A DNA stretch of 64,000 nucleotides from Macrostomum lignano (taxonomy: Eukaryota), in contig NIVC01001556.1 in assembly GCA_002269645.1 (NCBI GenBank), positions 62,001 through 126,000 of the forward strand, written 5' to 3'. Positions 37,745-52,214 of the stretch are shown here, in pieces. Within the stretch, counting starts at the first letter, position 1; each line of letters opens with the position of its first letter. The position numbers were made by a program, and so were the translations under genes. The notes beneath the pieces are model-generated. The model saw only the letters and a program-made list of their open reading frames with translations. It did no database searches and had not been told where the DNA came from.

Positions 37745-38912
37745 TCAGGTGAAGAAGTTATCGCCGCTTCGCTTTCCGAACCTGCGGATTGATTGAAGCA
37801 AAGGGTTGAGCAGTTGAGCGTTTTAGTAAACTGCAATTTAATAACTGGCTTGTGAATAATTTGTATCTATTTGCTTAGCTTGATGACATGGCCAGACAAT
37901 CACCGCGTCGTCTGGATCTAGCCTGATACATTGGTTAAATTATGTCACTATCTTGCTGTTGCTATTTTTAGCTCATATACATGATGCTGAGCCAGCCAAT
38001 CGCAGCACGATTTGGATAGAGAATTTAAGTGAGTAACTATCGTACTGAGGCTATTTTTAGCTCATATCGTCCAGCCTAGAGCCAGCCAATGGCGGCACAG
38101 CTTGGATAGAGAGGTTTATTCCGTCACTATCTGGCTGTTGTTATTTTTAGATCGTTGTAAAAAAGGTTTTCGTATCGGCGATTCGTTTCATTTATTTTTT
38201 GTTCTGTCTTTAGATTCACTTCCGGAATCGTGATCTGCTTCCGGTGCTTTCCGATGATTTTGAGTTTCTCAGGCTGAATTTTTAGAAAAATGCCGTCGGA
38301 CTTGATAGGATCCATTAATCCAGTTAACTGGATTATAAATTAACATTAATACAGCTCCTCCATTTACCCATGAGCTCACCTGGGACGCAGCACCAGCTCC
38401 ATGTAACTGCGCAGGTTTTTCATGTAGAAGCGCAGGCGCTCCGAGTCCTCCTGCTGGGTGCCGGGCGGTGTCGCCGACATGGCCAGCAACTCCTTCATTA
38501 CCTGGAGCTCCGCAGCTTCGTCAGGATAGCCCTGCGGCTGACGATGGGGCATTGGACTGACTGACTGACTGCTGACTGACTGACTGACTGACTGACTGAC
38601 TGACTGACTGACTGACTGACTGACTGACTGGCTGACTGACTGACTGACTGACTGACTGACTGACTGACTGACTGACTGACTGACTGACTGACTGACTGAC
38701 TGACTGACTGACTGACTGACTGACTGACTGACTGACTGACTGACTGACTGACTGACTGACTGACTGACTGACTGACTGACTGACTGACTGACTGACTGAC
38801 TGACTGACTGACCTGCCCCTGACCTTACCTGGAGTGGCAAGGCTCGGCAGCAGCAGTTGATGAAGCAGATACCCAGAATGCTCACAAGCAGTAGTGCTCT
38901 GCTGTCTACCAT
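37745..38912 (-). CDS. Neuropeptide Y/F (NPF) precursor, 3 exons (38912-38829; 38564, 38537 or 38531 to 38380; 37781-37745)
   Basis: Signal peptide MVDSRALLLVSILGICFINCCCRA. The mature C-terminus ...LRFYMKNLRSYMELVLRPRF-GKR has Tyr 10 and 17 residues from the amidated Phe. A phase-2 intron splits the last Arg codon (CCC AG|gtgagc ... ccgcag|G TTC GGA AAG CGA), the conserved NPY/NPF intron position. Confidence 0.92.
38555..38811. repeat. (ACTG)n / (CAGT)n microsatellite occupying almost all of NPF intron 1
   Basis: About 64 units with two interruptions. Confidence 0.97.
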
Positions 38913-39652
38913 GATTATTGCTTTGAGTTTGCTTCGCAAATTTTTTTTTACAAAAAACAGCTTTTTCTTTGGTGAAGGATTTTCGGTGTCTTACGGGTGA
39001 AATCGAGAAATTCACAGATCTGTTCGCCTTTTATGGCCACCCGCTCGCCCCCCTCTTTTAATCAGCTTCCCAATCTCCCCAAGTGGGCGGTGCAACTCCT
39101 TTTTTAAAGATTTACCGCTTGGCTAAGTTGCAATTAAAAAATTGAAAGGTTTCTTGAGCAGAAGAAATACAGTTTTTTTTCTATAATCCTGTTGATTGTT
39201 TTTTTGCAAATCCTACAAATTTTCAGCCTAAAAAGATAAAAAAGCAGTGTCTGCCAACCAGCTAGACTACTTGGTAATACATGCATGAGTAGTCAGTAGC
39301 ACATATTTTCTTCAAAAATAACGGCAAAGGCAGAAGAGAATGCAATATTTATTAACTAGACTTCAAAAGAATATATAAGCCTAAAGCGACAAAGTTTTAT
39401 TGCGCATCAAAGTTGCATATTAATATTAATGTCGGGGCTATTTAATACCTATTATGAAGCTAAATTGTAAAACCGAAGACACCCTGAGACTGTTGGGGGG
39501 TCTGGCGACTATTGACTGCACTGCTACAAATTTATTTTGCGTATCTACAGAACACAAAGTTTATATTTAGTAAACTCCCGTGACAGGCCCTGTCGCTCAA
39601 AATCCTCTTTCACAATCCGTGTTGGACAGGCTGACTGGCTGACTCCTAGGAT

Positions 39653-42600
39653 TCAGAGCTGACCTGCGAGACAGTCATTCAGATCTGACACCGACGACCT
39701 GAGGGTAGTGAGTTCATGAGTGAGATCATGACTGAGATCATGAGTGAGATCATGACTGAGATCATGACTGAGATCATGACTGAGATCATGAGTGAGATCA
39801 TGAATGAGATGATGAGTGAGTGAGATGGTGAGTGAGATCATGAGTGAGATCATGAGTGAGATCATGAGTGAGATCATGAGTGAGATCATGAGTGAGATCA
39901 TGAGTGAGATCATTAGTGAGATCATGAGTAAGATCATGAATGAGATGATGAGTGAGATGGTGAGTGAGATCATGAGTGAGATCATGAGTGAGTTATAAGC
40001 GAGTGGCGATCCCACCAGCTCACTTTCTCCTGGGCACCAGGAACACTCGGCGAAGCGACTCCTTGATGGCGGCAGTCGGCCTTGAGGACGTCGATTTCGC
40101 TCGTCGACGCGCCCCGCTAAACGGCGGCCTCAGCGGCGGCTCCTCCCAGGTGGCCAGCGGCGCCGGCTGAATCGGTGAAGTCGGCTTATCGACGCCTGTT
40201 CTCAGCGTCTGCTGCTGCTGCTGCTGTCGCAGGATGTCGCCAGCCGAGTGGCAGCGGTCGGCGGCGCGCAGCTGCCGAGAGATGGCCAGACTCCTCGGGC
40301 CCATCCGGCCTGTGGCGGCGGCAGCTGCAACCGCCGCTGACGAAGCCTGAAGCTCCGGTTGAGTGTCCCTGTGCTGTTGCTGCTGCTGCTGCCCGCCGCC
40401 GAGGAAGTGCTGCCGGCGCTCCCTTGAGGTGGCTGCGTCGCACGAGCCGGCCCGCTGACGGACCAGCCGGCCAAGGCGGTGCAGCTGGTCGCAGCTGCTG
40501 GCTGCCAGTCGCGGCTGCTTCTGCTGCTGGTGTTGGTTCTTGCGAGACTGGTGCTGGCGGCTGTGGTTCGCCTGCTGCTGCTGGTGCGCCTGATGCTGGT
40601 GTTGGTGCTTCAACGCCGAATGAATAGACACGTCAAGTCCGTCGAGCAGATGACGAAGCTTTTCCATGGCGCCGACAAGTGCTGGCAAGTCGGGATGATC
40701 GTCGGGAGTGCTGGCTCGCAGCTGGGCGAGCAGCAGCAGGTAGCGCGGAGTTCGCTGCACCGGGGTGAGCAGGTAGGCTGGCAGGTCCAGGCCCTGGCAG
40801 CTGGGGTGCCGCTGCAGGCAGCGGAGGAGGCGGCGGAGGCGGCCGGAGCGGCCGAGGCACTTGCGCAGTGTTGCCAGGGCGCAGCGGTAGTCATTGGCGT
40901 AGTCCCGGTACAGGCACAGCAGCTCCGCGCCGTTGGCGTCAAGAAAATGCAGCACGACGCTTGAGAACGAGTCCGGGCCGGCGGCCTGGGCGCCGGGCAG
41001 CCGCCGCTCCAGCTCGGACAGGAAAGCGGAGTGGAGCTCGTGGAGTCTGGGCAGGCTGCTTGGAAAGATGAGGCTGCATCAAATTGAAGCAATGGATTGC
41101 GATGTTTGAGCTGTATAAGAGGCCGTAGCGCTTCAACTGTGTCGCTTTTTTACGCTCAAAACTTCTAATCATGGAAAAGTCCCGCGTCTGATTCTCGCGC
41201 CGCTACCCCCCTGCTTCGAATCCGTGTGCAATGACAAAATAATAATTGATTACACCTGTCCCAATGGCCAGATGTGCAACCCACAGCTCAGCCGCAGCTA
41301 TTGCGCGGCGCATCTGAAGGCTGCGTACGGCTGTTCAGACCAAGGACTGGGGGGTCGCCACACACACCCTCAATTACCCCAGCCAATGCTGGCACCCATT
41401 TTACAGCTGGGTGAACTGAAGCAATGCAGAGTTGAGTGTCTTGCTCAAGGACACAAACTGTTCCAGTGGGGATCGGGAATCGAACCCCCAACCTTTCAAT
41501 CGTGATTCCGACGCTCTAACCAGTAGGCTACAACCCCCTGAATGTGTCAATCGCATTCCTGGGGGGGGGGGCAGAGAGTGTACACTCTAGAAACTCATTG
41601 CCGCTGTACACCCTGCGTGAGCGTGTGTTGTCAGTGCGTCCCTGCGTACAGTATTGTCTCAAGGACAACTGTAGCATAACAAAACGTAAACCTTACTGAT
41701 TATGTCATTTTTAAGGGGCCAATTTCCCGTAATAAATACACTGCGGAGATAGGAAAAAAAACTAGATTCCTATTATTATTTATTACATCGCAAAATCAAC
41801 ACTACAGTGGTCCTTGATTGTCTCAGCGCAGGTTGTGTGGAACGGTGTCCAAGAGCTATTTAATTTTACATTTCCTATTTATTCTTCCCAACCTACTCTC
41901 TCATTCTTCCCACCCTACTCTCTCATTCTACCCACACCCTACTCTCTCATTCTTTCCACCCTACTCTCTCATTCTTCCCACCCTACTCTCTCATTCTTCT
42001 CACACCCTACTCTCTCATTCTTCTCACCCTACTCTCTCATTCTTCCCACACCCTACTCTCTCACTCTAATTCCACCCTACTCTCTCATTCTTCCCACCCT
42101 ACTCTCTCATTCTTCCCACCCTACTCTCTCATTCTTCCCACACCCTACTCTCTCATTCTTCCCACCCTACTCTCTCACTCTAATTCCACCCTACTCTCTC
42201 ATTCTTCCCACACCCTACTCTCTCACTCTAATTCCACCCTACTCTCTCATTCTTCCCACCCTACTCTCTCATTCTTCCCAACCTACTCTCTCATTCTTCC
42301 CACCCTACTCTCTCATTCTTTCCACCCTACTCTCTCATTCTTCCCACCCTACTCTCTCATTCTTCCCACCCTACTCTCTCATTCTTCCCACCCTACTCTC
42401 TCATTCTTCCCACCCTACTCTCTCATTCTTCCCACACCCTACTCTCTCATTCTTCCCACCCTACTCTCTCATTCTTCCCACCCTACTCTCTCACTCTAAT
42501 TCCACCCTACCTACACCCTACTCTCTCATTCTTCCCAAACTACTCTCTCATTCTTCCCACCCTACTCTCTCATTCTTCCCACCCTACTCTCTCATTCTAC

Positions 42601-45600
42601 CTACACCCTACTCTCTCATTCTTCCCAACCTACTCTCTCATTCTTCCCACCCTACTCTCTCATTCTTCCCACCCTACTCTCTCATTCTTCCCACCCTACT
42701 CTCTCATTCTTCCCACACCCTACTCTCTCACTCTAATTCCACCCTACTCTCTCATTCTTCCCACCCTACTCTCTCATTCTTCCCACCCTACTCTCTCATT
42801 CTTCCCACCCTACTCTCTCATTCTTCCCACCCTACTCTCTCATTCTTCCCACCCTACTCTCTCATTCTTCCCACACCCTACTCTCTCATTATTCCCACAA
42901 CCTACTCTCTCATTCTTTCCACCCTACTCACTCATTCTTCCCACCCTACTCTCTCATTCTTCCACCACCCTACTCTCTCATTCTTCCCACACCTACTCTC
43001 TCATTCTACCCACACTCTACTCTCTCATTCTACCCACACCCTACTCTCTCATTATTCCCACAACCTACTCTCTCATTCTTTCCACCCTACTCTCTCATTC
43101 TTCCCACCCTACTCTCTCAGTCTTCCACCACCCTACTCTCTCATTCTACCCACCTACTCTCTCATTCTACCCACACTCTACTCTCTCATTCTACCCACAC
43201 CCTACTCTCTCATTCTTCCCACAACCTACTCTCTCATTCTTCCACCACCCTACTCTTCCCACAACCTAATTTTTAATGCATTTTGAAGCAACTAGAAGCA
43301 ACACAACAGAACTCTGCTCATTGTACGGGGATGAGAAAGTGTTTGACCGAAAATAGCTTTTGTTTTGTCCCTAGATTCTATACCAGCACTGATTCAATTG
43401 CTTTCCCTCGCACGCACGCCATTCTCTGCCGCTGCGCTGACCCAAAAGCAACGGATTATTTTACTTCAATAATTTTGAGTTCAATCGGGGACAGGAAGCT
43501 TGAACGAAATTGAGCAGTGAAAGTGTGTGCGCAGGGAGTTCTGAGTGGGTGCCTACAGAAAGCTCAGTTTGCCGTTTCTCTGTGGGGATTTTCTAGCGCA
43601 GTTCTTTTCTTTGTTTTCTTTAACAACCGCTAGAGAAGGCAGGAAGTGATCAGCTGGGATTTCTTCTGATCCAACTGCAGCGATTCAACTATTGTACTCC
43701 CGAGAATTGAACTGGAGTCTCCCTTCTCTGCTCCTCTCTTCCCCCCTCTCTGCCTCTCGCTCATTTTCTGCCGGCTTCATAAATAATTTACAATCAAGGC
43801 CTCTCTTTCTCGACAACTCCTCTCCCCCCAACAAGCACAGGAACAGCTACAGATAATCTGACTCTGCAGCCTGGGGATTCCGGCGGATGAGTCAGCTCAC
43901 CCAAAATTGGAGAGTCTTTGGCCTATTATGGGCGAGGCCAGCAACGCTTGACAGCTGCTGTAGCCGCTGGCGTGATTGACGGGCGGGTGGGGGAGGCTGG
44001 GTCTGCTTGCTGCACTATTGTGAGTCACTGCTGGGCTCCGCGTCTGCCTGTCTACCTCCCGTCTCATTCTATCCGCTACGCTACTCTCTCATTCTTCCCA
44101 CACCCTACTCTCTCATTCTTCCCACACCCTACTCTCTCATTCTTCCCACACCCTACTCTCTCATTCTTCCCACACCCTACTCTCTCATTCTTCCCACACC
44201 CTAATCTCTCATTCTTCCCACACCCTACTCTCTCATTCTTCCCACACCCTACTCTCTCATTCTTCCCACACCCTACTCTCTCATTCTTCCCACACCCTAC
44301 TCTCTCATTCTTCCCACACCCTACTCTCTCATTCTTCCCACACCCTACTCTCTCATTCTTCCCATACCCTACTCTCTCATTCTTCCCACACCCTACTCTC
44401 TCATTCTTCCCACACCCTACTCTCTCATTCTTCCCAACCTACTCTCTCATTCTACCCACACCCTACTCTCTCACTCTAATTCCACCCTACTCTCTCATTC
44501 TTCCCACACCCTACTCTCTCATTCTTCCCACACCCTACTCTCTCATTCTACCCACACCCTACTCTCTCATTCTACCCACACCCTACTCTCTCATTCTACC
44601 CACACCCTACTCTCTCATTCTACCCACACCCTACTCTCTCACTTTAATTCCACCCTACTCTCTCATTCTACCCACACCCTACTCTCTCATTCTTCCCAAC
44701 CTACTCTCTCATTCTACCCACACCCTACTCTCTCATTCTACCTCTAACCTACTCTCTCACTCTACCCAACCTTACTTTCTTCTTCTATCCTTACCCTACT
44801 CTCTCACTCCATCTCACCATACTCTCAGCACTCCCAGTCTTCCCTCACCAGAGGTTCTTGACGCTGACGCAGGCGGAGGCTTTCACGGTCTGCGCCAGCA
44901 GGTCGATGATGATCCTCAGGCAGCAGCAGTAGCGCCTCTCCGTCGCCGCGATCTCCTGGCAGATCCTCAATCGGCGCTCTGCAAGTCGTTTAATCAGTTC
45001 CGCTACTCCGAGGACATTGCTACGAAAAATACCCCCCCCGTAGACTTTGCTAGCAACTGCTTCAACAAGTTTTCTCTAAAAGCAAAACTGCGCAGATGAA
45101 AGGTAAACTCACCAAATAGCTGCTGCTGTGTGAACGCCAGTCTCTGCTGCTGTTGTTGTTGCAGCTGCTGAGTGGCTGATTGAGAGTCTTCGCAGCGTTG
45201 GCCACACCAGCGACGACATGAGGACCTGGCCGCTGACATCGCCTTGAAGGAGAGAGAAGAAAGGGCCGGTGACGAGAGGGTGAAAAAATATCAGAAAAAA
45301 AGAGGCTAATAAGAAAACAGAGTTGGCACGACCGATGAAGTTTGTTTATGCTCGGCAACACAATTGGTACCCGCGTGACTGGCAACTGGGTCGCCTCACT
45401 CTCATCACTATCGCAGTTCTTTTCTCCTCTCCTTTTCTCTCATCTCTCCTCTCCTCTCTCCTCTCTCACATCTCTCCTCTCTCCTCTCTCTCCTCTCTCC
45501 TCTCTCTCATCTCTCCTCTCTCTCATCTCGCCTCTCTCTCATCTCTCCTCTCTCTCATCTCTCCTCTCTCACTTCTCTCCTCTCTCTCATCTGTCCTCTC

Positions 45601-48099
45601 TCCTCTCTCCTCTCTCACATCTCTCCTCTCTCTCATCTGTCCTCTCTCCTCTCTCCTCTCTCACTTCTCTCCTCTCTCTCATCTGTCCTCTCTCCTCTCT
45701 CCTCTCTCACATCTCTCCTCTCTCCTCTCTCCTCTCTCACATCTCTCCTCTCTCTCATCTCTCCTCTCTCTCATCTCTCCTCTCTCTCCTCTCTCCTCTC
45801 TCTCCTCTCTCCTCTCTCTCATCTCTCCTCTCTCTCATCTCGCCTCTCTCTCATCTCTCCTCTCTCTCATCTCTCCTCTCTCTCCTCTCTCCTCTCTCTC
45901 ATCTGTCCTCTCTCACATCTCTCCTCTCTCCTCTCTCCTCTCTCACATCTCTCCTCTCTCTCATCTCTCCTCTCTCTCATCTCTCCTCTCTCTCTCATCT
46001 CTCCTCTCTCTCTCATCTCTCCTCTCTCTCATCTCTCCTCTCTCTCATCTCGCCTCTCTCTCATCTCTCCTCTCTCTCATCTCTCCTCTCTCACTTCTCT
46101 CCTCTCTCTCATCTCTCCTCTCTCACATCTCTCCTCTCTCCTCTCTCCTCTCTCACATCTCTCCTCTCTCTCATCTCTCCTCTCTCTCCTCTCTCCTCTC
46201 TCACATCTCTCCTCTCTCTCATCTCTCCTCTCTCTCATCTCTCCTCTCTCCCTCTTCACTTTCTACTCTCTCTCTCCTCTCCTCTTTCCTCCTTCCCCTC
46301 TGTCCTCTCCTCCCTCCTTCTCCTCCTCTTATCTCCATTTTCTCCTCCTCTCTTCTCTCTCCCTTCTCCTCTCCTCTCCATCTTCCCTCTCTCTCTCTCT
46401 CTCTCTCTCGGTTCGAACCTAACTACGAGTAAAAAGCCACTAAACAGCCGCAACCAGTTTGTTCCCCAAGCAAAAAGAGTGAAAGAAAAGCCATACGCTC
46501 ATAATATATAATGAATGAATACATGGGCATTGCATGTCAGATTCTATGCAATAAATGCATGCAACACTGCCGCACTGATTGGGATCTACGAACAAATTGT
46601 GTTCATCATTCTCGCAAAATTCCCCCAGCAATTGTTCCGCTAAATTATTTCCTTTCCCAGTTGCTGTCAAAAGCGAATAAAATTGCCTCTAAGTGGTTCC
46701 TCAGTTGCTTTAATCATTCGATCAGGGCGGGATCCGGGGCAGCGGAGTTGTGAAGCTAATGAGAATGAGCACCCGTGGGTTTCAATGCGATGTGCCCCAA
46801 CAATGTGTCGCATAAATTTACTTCGAACTAACTGATCAAAGTCGGCTTTGGAAAGAGGGGAACAGGCTGGGCCGATTTCACCTGTTCCGCTTGTGTTCAT
46901 TTTTGGCACGTCTGCCCAATGTGCCGGGGATCCGAGGAGGGGGTTGTCTTCACCCTTTACTCATTGCCGATTGCTCACTGAATTCTGAAGATAGTCAAAT
47001 GCAGCTGTATTGACCTAGGAAAGTAGGAAACTCTGTTTTACTCACATTAACCGTTGTGTCACTCTCTGACGGATCATTGTGTCACTCTCTGATGGGTCAT
47101 TGTATCACTCTCTGATGGGTCATTGTGTCACTCTCTGACGGATCATTGTGTCACTCTCTGATGGGTCATTGTGTCACTCTCTGATGGGTCATTGTGTCAC
47201 TCTCTGACGGGTCATTGTGTCACTCTCTGATGGGTTATTGTGTCACTCTCTGACGGGTCATTGTGTCACTCTCTGATGGGTCATTGTGTCACTCTCTGAC
47301 GGATCATTGTGTCACTCTCTGATGGGTCATTGTGTCACTCTCTGACGGGTCATTGTGTCACTCTCTGATGGGTCATTGTGTCACTCTCTGACGGATCATT
47401 GTGTCACTCTCTGATGGGTCATTGTGTCACTCTCTGACGGATCATTGTGTCACTCTCTGATGGGTCATTGTGTCACTCTCTGATGGTCATTGTGTCACTC
47501 TCTGATGGGTCATTGTGTCACTCTCTGACGGGTCATTGTGTCACTCTCTGATGGTCATTGTGTCACTCTCTGATGGTCATTGTGTCACTCTCTGATGGTC
47601 ATTGTGTCACTCTCTGATGGTCATTGTGTCACTCTCTGATGGTCATTGTGTTCATCAAGTCACTTTTTTGGGTTTATCAAGTCACTTTTTTGGGTTTATC
47701 AAGTCACTTTTTTGGGGTTTATCAAGTCACTTTTTTGGGTTTATCAAGTCACTCTTTTGGGTTCATCAAGTCACTCTTCTGGGTTTATCAAGTCACTCCT
47801 GCGGGTCATCACTCAGGACAGCTCACTCAGTGTAGCAAGTGCGTCTCCTCCTGCAGGCTCAAATTTACAATGTTTTATGGATGTCGCACCTCAGCTTCAC
47901 CGCCGCTGCCAGCAGAGCTGCTCAAACCGGCCTGACGTGAGGCCACCCCCGGAGTGTCGGGCGAGTCGCCGTCGCTCTCAGCACCGCTGAAGCCGCTGCC
48001 AGCTTCGCTGCCACTGTCCGCATGGGCCAGCAGCATCAGTTTCCTGGAAAACTCGGCCGCCTCCGACTCGGCCGCCTCCGCTGTTGCCGTTTCCTCCAT
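39653..48099 (-). CDS. RhoGEF (Dbl-homology domain) protein, 5 exons (48099-47890, 45242-45113, 44978-44849, 41073-40024, 39698-39653), ~521 aa
   Basis: The spliced DH domain reads ERRLRICQEIAATERRY..; LIFPSSLPRLHELHSAFLSELERRL; LYRDYANDY; GLDLPAYLLTPVQRTPRYLLLLAQLRASTPDDHPD. All junctions are GT-AG and phase-consistent (1566 nt total). The first and last exons are less certain than the DH exons. Confidence 0.8.
39712..39992. repeat. 12-bp repeat (atcatgagtgag) filling RhoGEF intron 4
   Basis: About 23 copies between the donor (40023) and acceptor (39699). Confidence 0.92.
41230..41538 (-). mobile_element. tRNA-derived SINE with a CORE-like central domain
   Basis: The minus strand begins ggggttgtagcctactggttagagcg (A box) ... 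ggttcgattcc (B box), then tgtgtccttgagcaagacactcaac..cttcagttcacccagctgtaaaatgggt, resembling the MIR/CORE consensus. The 3' end is approximate. Confidence 0.75.
41885..43265. repeat. ~22-24-bp minisatellite (ccctactctctcattcttcccaca), RhoGEF intron 3
   Basis: Direct reading; explains the 490-aa ORF. Confidence 0.93.
44070..44800. repeat. Second array of the same 24-bp unit (ccctactctctcattcttcccaca), RhoGEF intron 3
   Basis: Direct reading; same family as 41885-43265. Confidence 0.93.
45420..46408. repeat. CT-rich complex microsatellite (ctctcctctctctcat...), RhoGEF intron 1
   Basis: Direct reading. Confidence 0.93.
47055..47812. repeat. Two abutting ~23-bp arrays (tcattgtgtcactctctgatggg to ~47650, then tttatcaagtcacttttttggg), RhoGEF intron 1
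   Basis: Direct reading; the units share a gtcact core. Confidence 0.92.
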
Positions 48100-48896
48100 T
48101 TTGTTTTGAAGCAGAAAAAGCACACAGGGCAAAGCGGAGGATTTCTATAGTCCGGAGATGCGGTGGCGGGAGGCTAAAGCTTATGGATAGGGGGACGCAA
48201 GGGTTGCGGGTTAAAAAAGGAGAAGCAACTGCAGTCTTCTCGGCCTCTGATTGGCTGTCTCTCCCGTTATCTACGGTCACGCGCTGAGCCAAGGCGTTCT
48301 AAAGCTGGCATCTGGAATGCTGACTCTACTGCAGCCAAAAACCCGATTGAGGCTGACGCTGTCCTGTCTATCTCCCTTTGTCAATCGCTAGCAACAGTGG
48401 GATTTCATGTTTTCAACGTCAGCCTCAATTAGACCGAAAATGAGTTGGTAACTCCAGGTTTCGGTTTTAGAATTCCTTGGCTAAGCTTGTGCCGTGCCTC
48501 GTCGCCTCTCTCTCTAAACCAACGTCAACCTGTGTGAGAAATCCAGGATCTGAACTGCGATTTCAGGCCTCTGCCCGACTCCCCCAGATCCTCCCTACCT
48601 ACCTCCCCCTAGTTCTTTCTCTCTCCCACCGCGTAGCTCTACCCCTGCTCACCTGACAGGCAAGTGATCAATCATCGCCACCCCCTGATAAGGCGCGCAC
48701 GGTTTGGAGCCGGTCTGCTTAAAGCTGGCGGAATATTTTAGTAATAAAAGGAATCTTCTCAACTTCTCCACTTTTATCAGAGTTGGCTATCAGGGTGGGC
48801 GCTCTCTGGGCAGAGTGCAGCTGTGTTGAGCTGTGTTGAGAGGACACGCAGCTCTGCTAATCTTATACCTGCGATTGGACTGTCCAATGCTGTTCC

Positions 48897-50507
<1,611 letters not shown>

Positions 50508-50929
50508 GACCTAGCCCGCTTTCTTTAGCAGAATCTTAACGCCTGTGTCCAGTCTAGGTAATAGATCGAAAATCAATAAATCACTGTTTATTCTTACTGG
50601 TTACTGGTAATAGAGAAAATCGATAAATCACTGTTTATTCTTACTGGTTTTCTTAAATTTCAATTCGACATTTAAATGACTAAAATTTATATAGTAGTAC
50701 TTTTCAATAGTACTTTATTAAGTGAAAAATGTCATTTAATTGCCTTGATTAGAAATTCAAATCGATCGACCGGTCAGACTGTCATGAATGAAAGCCAGCT
50801 TGACCGCTGTCTGGCGTTCTCGCTTGGTCGTCATGGAAACTATAAAATTGGCCAATGTGAGTGGGTAAATTTTGAATAATGAGATTTTGAATCTGCTATT
50901 TTAGGAGAGGAAGCTAAGATTCGCGTCAT

Positions 50930-51113
50930 GTAGGAAGGAGAGAGATTCGCACTGGAAGGAGAAAGATTCGCAACGGAGGGAGAGAGATTCGCATCACAAG
51001 GAGAGAGATTCGCACTGGAAGGAGAGAGATTCGCACTGGAAGGAGAGAGATTCGCACTGGAAGGAGAGAGATTCGCACTGGAAGGAGAGAGATTCGCACT
51101 GGAAGGAGAGAGC
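50930..51113. repeat. 21-bp repeat (gaaggagagagattcgcactg)
   Basis: About 8 copies. Confidence 0.88.
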
Positions 51114-51214
51114 TATCCCTACGCTCGTAATCTCTGATGAACCCGCGGAGTGCATGGGAGAGTGAGACATGAGAGACAGCTAGGCGACCTCCCCCCGGGT
51201 TGCCCAGGAGCCTC

Positions 51215-51650
51215 ACACTGTCTCACTCTCATCTCACACTCTCCCTCTCACTCCTATCTCACACTCTCCCTCTCACTCCCATCTCGCACTCTCCCTCTCA
51301 CTCCCATCTCACACTGTCCCTCTCACTTCCATCTCACACTGTCCCTCTCACTCCCATCTCACACTCTCCTTCTGGCTCCCCATCTCACGCTCTCCCTCTC
51401 ACTCCTATCTCACACTCTCCCTCTCACTCCCATCTCACACTCTCCCTCTCACTCCCATCTCACACTGTCCCTCTCAATCCCATCTCACACTGTCCCTCTC
51501 ACTCCCATCTCACACTCTCCTTCTGGCTCCCCATCTCACGCTCTCCCTCTCACTCCTATCTCACACTCTCCTTCTCACTCCCATCTCACACTCTCCCTCT
51601 CAATCCCATCTCACACTCTCCCTCTGGCTCCCATCTCACGCTCTCTCACT
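51215..51650. repeat. ~25-bp repeat (ctccctctcactcccatctcacact)
   Basis: About 17 imperfect copies. Confidence 0.88.
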
Positions 51651-52214
51651 TACTCTTTTCTCTCTACTCCCCAACCCTCAATCTTCTATGTAAGTACAAT
51701 TAATAGTTATATAAACCAGTCTTAGAAAAGCTTAACAAAGAAGTGCAGCATAAAAGAAAAAAAGTCTACAAAAGCCGAGAGAGCTGAAAAAACTTAAGCA
51801 GACAATGCAGCTCAAACTAACTTTACGCGTGTTGGAATTCTTTTTTCTTCAACAGTAAGGCAAACTTTGGAGAAAAAAGAAACGATTGGTTCAACCGCAC
51901 GTAATATCCCAGAGATTGGTGCCTAACTCTAGTTGATTATTGGCGATGCAGTCAAGGACCGCTTAAGTGTCTATCTGCTAGCTACTATAGGGAAAATTGT
52001 CAGTTGAGGTCAAATGAGGTCAAATTGGGCTCGTTAATTCATCAAGCATTGATTCTATGCTTTGGAGAGTTCCTATTCTAGCAGCACAGTAATATGGCAC
52101 AAATTACCATGCATTTAATAATAATGGAGAGGCTAACTTACTCCAGTTGCTTATGGATGTCCGTGAACTGGATTTGAAAAAGTTTTCAGTTGATCAACGC
52201 TACTAGGGTTCCTA

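Noticed and set aside
37945-38150. Imperfect ~90-bp dimer (gctatttttagctcatat..agccagccaat..ttggatagaga) in NPF intron 2
   Set aside because: Probably a fragment of a dispersed repeat; too short to classify
35478-41092. Many short overlapping or antisense ORFs over GC-rich exons
   Set aside because: Shadow frames of the real FG-repeat and RhoGEF exons
41465-41538. Functional tRNA gene
   Set aside because: The acceptor stem is not closed and the sequence runs into a CORE-like body, so it is a SINE head
41814-46511. Leu/Ser/Pro-rich ORFs of 369-490 aa
   Set aside because: Translations of CT-rich arrays lying antisense within RhoGEF introns
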